From contig CAYPMW010000004.1 of NCBI GenBank assembly GCA_964412165.1, forward strand, positions 23,091 to 75,877: a stretch of 52,787 bases of DNA, in the 5' to 3' direction. Under the pieces are notes generated by a model, which made no database searches, was not told the DNA's origin, and saw nothing but the letters and a program-made list of their open reading frames with translations. This DNA comes from an uncultured Gammaproteobacteria bacterium. Lineage in GTDB: Bacteria; Patescibacteriota; Microgenomatia; UBA10105. Below, one piece after another: positions 46,441 to 52,787 of this stretch. The number at the start of each line of letters is the position of its first letter. The first letter of the stretch is position 1. The position numbers were made by a program, and so were the translations under genes.

Positions 46441-46591
46441 GCGTGCGGGTTCCTCCTTCGCTAAAGCTACGGCGGACAGGTCTACCGCTCGCGTATCCCA
46501 AGATTCGCTTCAGACTACCCGCCAATTCTGGCGGGACTAGTTTCTGAAGCTCAGTTTGGTCCGCCAGCTAGCGGACCACTCGCGTCACCCA
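46441..46591. repeat. cluster of nested REP-like hairpins
   Basis: CCTTCGCTAAAGCTACGG; GCTTCAGA..[CCCGCCA-ATTC-TGGCGGG]..TCTGAAGC; GGTCCGC-CAGCTA-GCGGACC. Confidence 0.65.
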
Positions 46592-46643
46592 CATATTTTC
46601 TCTACTAACCTTGGGAAGAAATGAATGGTTACCACTCAATTAA

Positions 46644-46672
46644 TTGACTTCGGATTATGATGAGGCTATAAT
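46644..46672 (+). promoter_or_regulatory. sigma70-type promoter
   Basis: TTGACT-N17-TATAAT upstream of 46693. Confidence 0.75.
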
Positions 46673-46692
46673 TATAAACTACTGCAGATATT

Positions 46693-47451
46693 ATGCGCGA
46701 AGACCCTAAGACTTTAACAGAAATTGTTGGTGCGTCAGATCTCCCTCCGCGTGTTGACCAATTGCCTATATGGAAAGCTCCGTTCACAACTGATGGTTTA
46801 CCTAAACCATGGTCATTAACAATGTGTTTAGAATATGCAGCTGGTGAAAAAATTGACTTGAGGACACCAGTACCTGATATGAATAGGGTAACCTGGATGG
46901 ATGAACCGAGTCTTCGTTCTCCAATACCTCAGGCATGTATCATTTGGGATAGAAAAAAAGTGGGTGTTCCAACTGAAACCAGGGTCAAAATATATGATGA
47001 CACCGGTAAGAGACTTAGATACAGAGCCAATTTTGCTTGTCTTGCGGCAGAACCTCCAGTCATGATTTATGAAGAAGTGCATGAATATCCACAGGGATTA
47101 ACAGATCAACGTCTCTTTATTGTGTATGGAGAAACGGGTAGAGTAGACGTGATTAATAGATATGCAACCAATGAATTCGGAAGCATCGAAGAAAGAAGAG
47201 ATTTTAGACTAAATAGTCGTGGTTATGGGCTAACCGTAAGAACGTTTGTAGGATATGGATTAGCCATCAAAGCAAGAGATCCGCGAATCGTGTCACCTTC
47301 TCAACTGGACCAAATCATAGAAAAAGGAGTGCTTGAGAAAACACTTGAGTACAATGGCATTGACCCCCACACTATCACCGTATCGGATTTACATAGTGCT
47401 TCGTATGGACTCTTACAAAGAGAGTTCGAGATTAAAAGTGGAAAAGGCTAA
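46693..47451 (+). CDS. hypothetical protein (orphan)
   Basis: 252-aa ORF with promoter. Confidence 0.78.
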   Translation: MREDPKTLTEIVGASDLPPRVDQLPIWKAPFTTDGLPKPWSLTMCLEYAAGEKIDLRTPVPDMNRVTWMDEPSLRSPIPQACIIWDRKKVGVPTETRVKIYDDTGKRLRYRANFACLAAEPPVMIYEEVHEYPQGLTDQRLFIVYGETGRVDVINRYATNEFGSIEERRDFRLNSRGYGLTVRTFVGYGLAIKARDPRIVSPSQLDQIIEKGVLEKTLEYNGIDPHTITVSDLHSASYGLLQREFEIKSGKG

Positions 47452-47584
47452 ATTATCTAACTACTTTTTTAGTCCGATGCCTTTTATACGGTTAAATTCG
47501 GGATTAAAAGTCTAAGTTTTACCCTAACCTTTATTAAAGCATCAGAATGCGATTTATTATTATTGATGACATACTCGCTCTCTT

Positions 47585-48577
47585 ATGGCGACTGAACATT
47601 TAAATCAGGCTGAGATAAAAACCCATATTCAAGAAGCGCGGATTCACGAGATGCACGGTGAGCATGAACAGGTCATTCAACTTCTTTCTCCAGATATTGA
47701 TGGGCTGAAAAGCACGAAACTTCCAGGATTGATAGCAGAAATTCAATTTCAACATACGAGAGAAGATGATTCTAAATACTTAGGTATCAATGTCGAACCA
47801 TATCTTCGGGATCAGGAATTCGGTTTACTGCTTGTTGATGCCTTGCATCAACGTGGTGTGTCATATCGGATGCGTAATGAGTATGAGGAAGCTGAGGCTG
47901 ATTTTGGTTTAGCACTTGATCTATCAACAGTCTTTGATGATCGAGAACGAGAACTTACTGCATTAGGCGATCTGATTGATATATACCGGACGTGGGATAG
48001 AAAACATGGAGGTGGACAAAAACGGCTCGGTGATGCCAGAATGGTGCGTGATCAAGGATCAGTATTTATTGATACTCTACCAACACCAAGTATGGCGAAG
48101 GTGAACTTTTATATTAATGCCGCACTTCTTTCTTTGGATGAAGGCAATAACTTACAAGCGTTAAATTACATTGGAGATGGTGAGTCAGAAGTGGGGATGT
48201 TGGTACAGAAAAACGTCGCTCAAACTACTGACGGCCAGATCAGTGATCCCTATCTATTAAACAGACTAGCACGGGTATACAACATTTCCGGTGTGATTCA
48301 GTGTGCTCTTGGAGAATCAGAAGTAGCGATTACATACCAAAAAAGTGCGTACTTTCACTATGTAGTAATGGGTGATGTGCGGGGTATAGGAAATACAGCT
48401 ATTGCCATAGGAGATCTGCTAGATGAGGGAGGAGATAAACCAAGGGCATCGGATTGGTACGAGGTGGCTCTAAACAACGCCGTTATAGGTGAAAAAATCA
48501 TTGACCAGACAATTCACGACTTAGCGATAGGAAGACTGGCACAATTGGAAGAAGAGAGCGCTTCAAATAGCCAATAA
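47585..48577 (+). CDS. tetratricopeptide-repeat protein
   Basis: ALHQRGVSYRMRNEYEEAEADFGLAL, LARVYNISG...ALG...AI.YQK, NTAIAIGDLL. Confidence 0.75.
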   Translation: MATEHLNQAEIKTHIQEARIHEMHGEHEQVIQLLSPDIDGLKSTKLPGLIAEIQFQHTREDDSKYLGINVEPYLRDQEFGLLLVDALHQRGVSYRMRNEYEEAEADFGLALDLSTVFDDRERELTALGDLIDIYRTWDRKHGGGQKRLGDARMVRDQGSVFIDTLPTPSMAKVNFYINAALLSLDEGNNLQALNYIGDGESEVGMLVQKNVAQTTDGQISDPYLLNRLARVYNISGVIQCALGESEVAITYQKSAYFHYVVMGDVRGIGNTAIAIGDLLDEGGDKPRASDWYEVALNNAVIGEKIIDQTIHDLAIGRLAQLEEESASNSQ

Positions 48578-48725
48578 TATATAGTTCTTTGTTAAGAGAT
48601 TCTGGACGCGGCACTTTATTTTTACCGAATCTGATAGTATCTTAAGTTAGACTTCACCACTAAGCTTCGCTTTTTTCTGCACGTGTTTAGTTGGGGTAAA
48701 TTGGATTCTTATAAAAGACCTTTGT

Positions 48726-49619
48726 TCAGCTGAAGATTTGGTGACCGCCATATGCTTTTTCGTGTTCTGCGATGATGATATAGAGGGTACCGTTTTCGAT
48801 TGTCACCGGAAATCTTCCGTGTCTGCCTATATGGAGTACGTAATACCCTTTGTATTGACCACCCTTGACGCGGTGTTTCACCACTGCCGGTAAAAATTTA
48901 TGTTCTGGTAAAACTCGCAGTTGTTCAAGTTTCTGCAAAAGCTGCTGAATTTCGCGTGGTTTCAGATGAATATTTGCTTTAGCTAACCGTTGTAGAATTT
49001 GTTCTATGAACTTATCGGGAGCAATTGGAATGTTTTTTGTCTCTGACCGTAATGCCACTGGCCGGGGCGTTGGCTTTTCAGTATATCTAGTTTCAATTAC
49101 TTTCGCTCGTTCCGCAGATGGTTTAGGTCCATTTGATCTTACTTTTCTAACCGGGTGAGGTTTACTATCTTGTCTGTCAAGGCGTTCAAGTGTTAGCTTT
49201 AGTTGTCTCAAGGCAGTCCTCGGTGGTTTTTCTTGCACTATATCTAACAGTGGGGTGACAGTTTCAGGCTCGACTGGCTTTAATTGACTTAAAGCAGGGG
49301 TAAATTCGGGAGTCTCTCGCACAACGTCAAACAATGCAAAATCTCCGATAGTTTTCTTTATGGATTCTGCCCTAAGTCCTTGTCTTATATATACAGTCAG
49401 AATGCCTTGTAATTGTTGTGCGGCTTCAGATCTCCAGTCATTAACTCCATCCTGTACTGGCTCCTCTTTTTGAAATTGAGCGGTTGCTGGTAGAGGCCGT
49501 GATATTGGTTCTTGTACCTGCGGAATTACTTGCGTTTCTCCTCTAAATCTCTTAACCCATTCATTAAGAGTAATTCTTTTATGATGAATAAATTTGCCTA
49601 GACGAAGTCGTTCAGACAT
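48726..49619 (-). CDS. hypothetical protein with possible C-terminal RelE-like domain
   Basis: KHRVKGGQYKGYYVLHIGRHGRFPVTIENGTLYIII after a low-complexity basic linker. Confidence 0.6.
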   Translation of the reverse strand: MSERLRLGKFIHHKRITLNEWVKRFRGETQVIPQVQEPISRPLPATAQFQKEEPVQDGVNDWRSEAAQQLQGILTVYIRQGLRAESIKKTIGDFALFDVVRETPEFTPALSQLKPVEPETVTPLLDIVQEKPPRTALRQLKLTLERLDRQDSKPHPVRKVRSNGPKPSAERAKVIETRYTEKPTPRPVALRSETKNIPIAPDKFIEQILQRLAKANIHLKPREIQQLLQKLEQLRVLPEHKFLPAVVKHRVKGGQYKGYYVLHIGRHGRFPVTIENGTLYIIIAEHEKAYGGHQIFS

Positions 49620-49790
49620 ATGATTTTATATATTGTCAAGACGAGCTATTATAGCAATTGTTTCAAAAAAAGTGAATAGATACCAGATAATTGAAGATTC
49701 AAAGTATAAAATCAGAGAGTATGAGTGTCGGTTGTTTATTCATATACCTCTTGATATGCTTGTATAAACTAGTTGTGGGAATAGTTATTC

Positions 49791-51071
49791 ATGGCCATCT
49801 TTAACAAAAAAAATCTGTTTAAATTCTCAAGCCGGATATCTGCTTCCACCATTCGTCAATTAAGTCTACTGTCGATCGCAGTGATTCTTCTCAACGTCGT
49901 TATCATTACCTTTCTGATCAAGAAACTTCAAGATACAGCGCCGTCACCGACCTTTCAGGATACACCATCACGTGCCCAAACTCAGTGTTCTGATCAGATT
50001 GATCTAGTCAACATTGATGATGGATCAGGTAGCATCGTTGAACCAGATTTCGAGTTATCGAGACAATTTTCAATTGAAATGGTAAAAAATCTCGATATCA
50101 AAGCCAACGGTATCTACATGGCTCAATTTGAAATAGGCACTGCTCCTTTAAATAACTACCTCATACATGAATTGACAGATGACAAAAATATTCTCATCCA
50201 AAGTATTCAAGATATGCCAAAATTTGGTGGGTCAACTCCAATGCACGAGGTGATACAGGCAGCTCATGAGCATCTCAAGGCCAAAGGTAGATCAGATTCA
50301 CCCAAAGCGATGATTTTGAAAACCGACGGTGAACCAGAAAATGATGACTATACACTCAAAGCTGCTTATGCAGCAAAGATCGATAAAATTGTGATTATCG
50401 CGATTGCTATCGGTGGAGCAGATGAGGAGTTTTTAAAGCGGTTAGTGACAGAAGATAAGTATTTGCTTAGAGCAGCAAGCTATGGTAAGTTAAGTACCAT
50501 CTTATCCGAGCTTTTAAAAACCATCTGTGATGTGCCGCCTCCAGATGAAGTACCAACTCCACCACCGCCGGTATCGTCACCGTTTCTACAACCATCTCAC
50601 ACTCCAAAACCTACCTCCCAACCATCTCCCACTCCTTCTCTCTCTCCCTTGCCTTCTCCCTCCGTCATTCCCTCACCATCACCGTATGTTCCCCAGGAGT
50701 GTAGTATCTGCCGGTCAGTCCAGGGAGGGGACAGTGACTATACCGATCCAGGGACACTGCGGGGGAAGTGCTGTGCCTGTTACTTAAAAAACAACAGTGT
50801 CTGGACAGGGATTGGGTGTGTGCCTTCCCGTCCCCATGACTTCCTTCTTTCCCTAGTTAAGTTCTCGATCAGTATTGCCGGAGGGATTGCCTTTCTTCTC
50901 ATCCTCTATGCCGGCTTTATGCTTATGACTTCTCAAGGAAACCCAGAGAAGATCCAATCTGGCAAAGAACTTCTCTACGCAGCGATCACCGGGCTTCTCC
51001 TCATCGTCTTCTCAATCATTATTCTCAAAATCATTGGGGTTGATATCCTGGGGATTCCAGGGTTGGGGTGA
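49791..51071 (+). CDS. vWA domain - Pro linker - CPR-type (VirB2/TrbC-like) pilin fusion
   Basis: MIDAS DDGSGS, GSTP, LKTDG; C-terminal IAGGIAFLLILYAGFMLMTSQGNPEKIQSGKELLYAAITGLLL. Confidence 0.85.
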   Translation: MAIFNKKNLFKFSSRISASTIRQLSLLSIAVILLNVVIITFLIKKLQDTAPSPTFQDTPSRAQTQCSDQIDLVNIDDGSGSIVEPDFELSRQFSIEMVKNLDIKANGIYMAQFEIGTAPLNNYLIHELTDDKNILIQSIQDMPKFGGSTPMHEVIQAAHEHLKAKGRSDSPKAMILKTDGEPENDDYTLKAAYAAKIDKIVIIAIAIGGADEEFLKRLVTEDKYLLRAASYGKLSTILSELLKTICDVPPPDEVPTPPPPVSSPFLQPSHTPKPTSQPSPTPSLSPLPSPSVIPSPSPYVPQECSICRSVQGGDSDYTDPGTLRGKCCACYLKNNSVWTGIGCVPSRPHDFLLSLVKFSISIAGGIAFLLILYAGFMLMTSQGNPEKIQSGKELLYAAITGLLLIVFSIIILKIIGVDILGIPGLG

Positions 51072-51154
51072 GGGATCCCCCTACCTGCGTCACCAGTTAA
51101 ATTTTCCTTGATGGGGTTTGAAATGCATGTTTGGTTTAGAGGTATTAAATACTC

Positions 51155-52078
51155 CTAATGAATAACCCTAATAAGAGTTGTAGCCAGGATCTTGGCAAAA
51201 AAGTGGCGACCCTCTTCACTCGGATGGATATGATCTCCCTGGTTGATATAGCGGGGGTTGCCTTCTTGCTCGATTAAACTTGGATGGTAGACGTCAGCCA
51301 AGGGTAGGTTTTGGCTTTTGGCAAACTCTACGGCATTTTCGAGGTATTTTTTGACCGTCGCGCACTCCGACTGTTTGCGCTCAGGGGGGAGGTTGGCTGA
51401 ACCATCGGTATAGGTAGAGCAGTAGGGTGCAATTGTGGCAGCTATGACCACCGATGTTTGGGGAGACTCTGATTTGACCGTCTCAACCATTTTAGCAAGC
51501 GTCAACCATTGCCGGTCACGGTCAGCCGGGGTATTGCCCCAATGGTTATAAGCGAACGATTCAATGACTACAATATCAGGGTGTACGGATAAGACTGCGG
51601 ATTTTGCTTCTCCGAGATAGGTGTATCCTTGGGTGAGGCGTTTAAGCCCATTTTCGGCGTCTGTTGCGCCAGCGCCGTAATTAAGTATATGAAAAGACTT
51701 CGTAGGTAAAAGACGTGCAAGTTCTACTTTAAGATCAGGTATTTCCGGACCTAACGTATCAATCATCGAGTCACCGACCACAGCAATGGTGTATTCGTTT
51801 TTCGGCAAAAAGACGGAAAGGGTATCAGTGATCGTTTGGGTAGTAGAAAAGCTCGCTCTTTCTGTACCCGCTACCGTTTTGATAACTCCCAAAGGTAAAC
51901 TAGTCAGGAGGGTACCAAATGTACGCTTCGGCGTACTATTGGTATAGCCTTTGCTCGCAATATAGAGACTTGTATCTATGGGAAGTGATCGGCTAATCTG
52001 AGGTTTGTCGGGATAATAATAAATCGCCAGAGAAACAAGGCAGTCAATCACAAATACCAGAACGAGAAACCGTTTCAT
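51155..52078 (-). CDS. SGNH/GDSL hydrolase family protein, exported
   Basis: VGDSM, NYGAG, ESFAYN, DHIHP blocks; N-terminal TM. Confidence 0.9.
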   Translation of the reverse strand: MKRFLVLVFVIDCLVSLAIYYYPDKPQISRSLPIDTSLYIASKGYTNSTPKRTFGTLLTSLPLGVIKTVAGTERASFSTTQTITDTLSVFLPKNEYTIAVVGDSMIDTLGPEIPDLKVELARLLPTKSFHILNYGAGATDAENGLKRLTQGYTYLGEAKSAVLSVHPDIVVIESFAYNHWGNTPADRDRQWLTLAKMVETVKSESPQTSVVIAATIAPYCSTYTDGSANLPPERKQSECATVKKYLENAVEFAKSQNLPLADVYHPSLIEQEGNPRYINQGDHIHPSEEGRHFFAKILATTLIRVIH

Positions 52079-52274
52079 ATGTAGAGAATACTGAATCGGG
52101 TTTATCAGGTCAATCACACAAGCAAAAACATTCAGTAATTCCTCATAAGAGATGCTTTTCCTAATAAATATTTGGATAATTCAACAAGAGTACTTATGGA
52201 GGCCAGTCGTGAAACTGGCTCACAAAATGATCCACCCATGGAGAAAATGAGACAACAGTAAAAAAAGGTTCACA

Positions 52275-52724
52275 TCAACCAAGCCATGTAGGTCGACCAC
52301 CAATGTATTCGGTAAACATGGGGCGAGTGCTTAAAAAATCTGATAACCAGTTATCGGGATTTCGTTGACGGATTAGATACTCGTACGCTTTCCCGAAATC
52401 ACTCGCGAGACGCTGAACGACTAACGATGAGGGAACGCCGTATCTGGGCAGCAGAGCCAAAGTAGATACAGTTAGCTCTTGTTGCGCCTTTACCCCTTGC
52501 GCTCCTAGATCCTGTAGATGACCAGATGCATATTCTGGATATCCCATTTCTCCCATGTGCGCACTTAATTGCCGATACTGTCGGTATAACTGATCCATCT
52601 CGGATATTGAAACGATGGCGAGATCAAGTTGCCATGCATCTACAGGTCGCATCTCGGCGGGTAAAGACTCTTGGATGGCTATTTGTAAGATAATTCTGTT
52701 ACTTCCAAATTCTGGATATGCCAT
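52275..52724 (-). CDS. hypothetical protein (orphan)
   Basis: Start MAYPEF 11 nt after TATACT. Confidence 0.65.
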   Translation of the reverse strand: MAYPEFGSNRIILQIAIQESLPAEMRPVDAWQLDLAIVSISEMDQLYRQYRQLSAHMGEMGYPEYASGHLQDLGAQGVKAQQELTVSTLALLPRYGVPSSLVVQRLASDFGKAYEYLIRQRNPDNWLSDFLSTRPMFTEYIGGRPTWLG

Positions 52725-52737
52725 AATAGGTAAATAG

Positions 52738-52771
52738 TATACCCTTCTTACTGTAATTTGCAACTTTTTCG
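52738..52771 (-). promoter_or_regulatory. duplicated promoter, copy 2
   Basis: Minus strand TTGCAA-N16-TATACT. Confidence 0.65.
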
Positions 52772-52787
52772 GGAAGATTAATGTTGC

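Noticed and set aside
34265-47451. Paralogy or RHS/YD-repeat identity of ORFs 34265 and 46693
   Set aside because: Only a short (F/I).Y.E.GR resemblance; too weak to support without a profile search.
1277-50787. Many short ORFs antisense to or out of frame within longer genes (for example 1277, 5450, 15413, 25030, 39145, 44164)
   Set aside because: Shadow ORFs of well-supported genes, with no motifs or independent start signals.

Overview
This looks like a 52.8-kb accessory-rich stretch of a small-genome bacterium, most likely Patescibacteria/CPR (Microgenomatia-like). That placement is an inference from CPR-type pilins, cohesin/Fn3 and SBBP surface proteins, scarce Shine-Dalgarno sites and many orphan genes. 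Standard code 11 fits. Recognisable genes are few: galU, a Na+/Ca2+ exchanger, two SAM methyltransferases, alpha/beta hydrolases, GNAT, pyrE, vapBC, an AbiEii-type TA pair, tRNA-Trp, a divergent sigma-70, a FabH/type III PKS-like enzyme, a four-helix-bundle gene, rpmG (missed by the ORF track), CapA, a vWA-pilin fusion and an SGNH hydrolase. I saw no integrase, transposase, reverse transcriptase or cas gene. The most unusual observations are: (1) an intact tRNA-Trp nested in the anticodon loop of a second, decayed tRNA-Trp-like gene; (2) a displaced, synonymously diverged second 3' end of rpmG behind a REP-like hairpin; (3) about 27 orphan or divergent cytoplasmic ORFs sharing an M-x(1-6)-E start that housekeeping and signal-peptide genes lack, including an Ulp1-like protease, two RelE-like fusions and an altered sigma factor (possible effector class); (4) in-frame palindromic insertions in CapA; (5) many scars: duplicated cassettes, paralog remnants, orphan IS200/IS605-like ends and REP/MITE-like elements. 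All family assignments come from motif reading by eye, not database searches.
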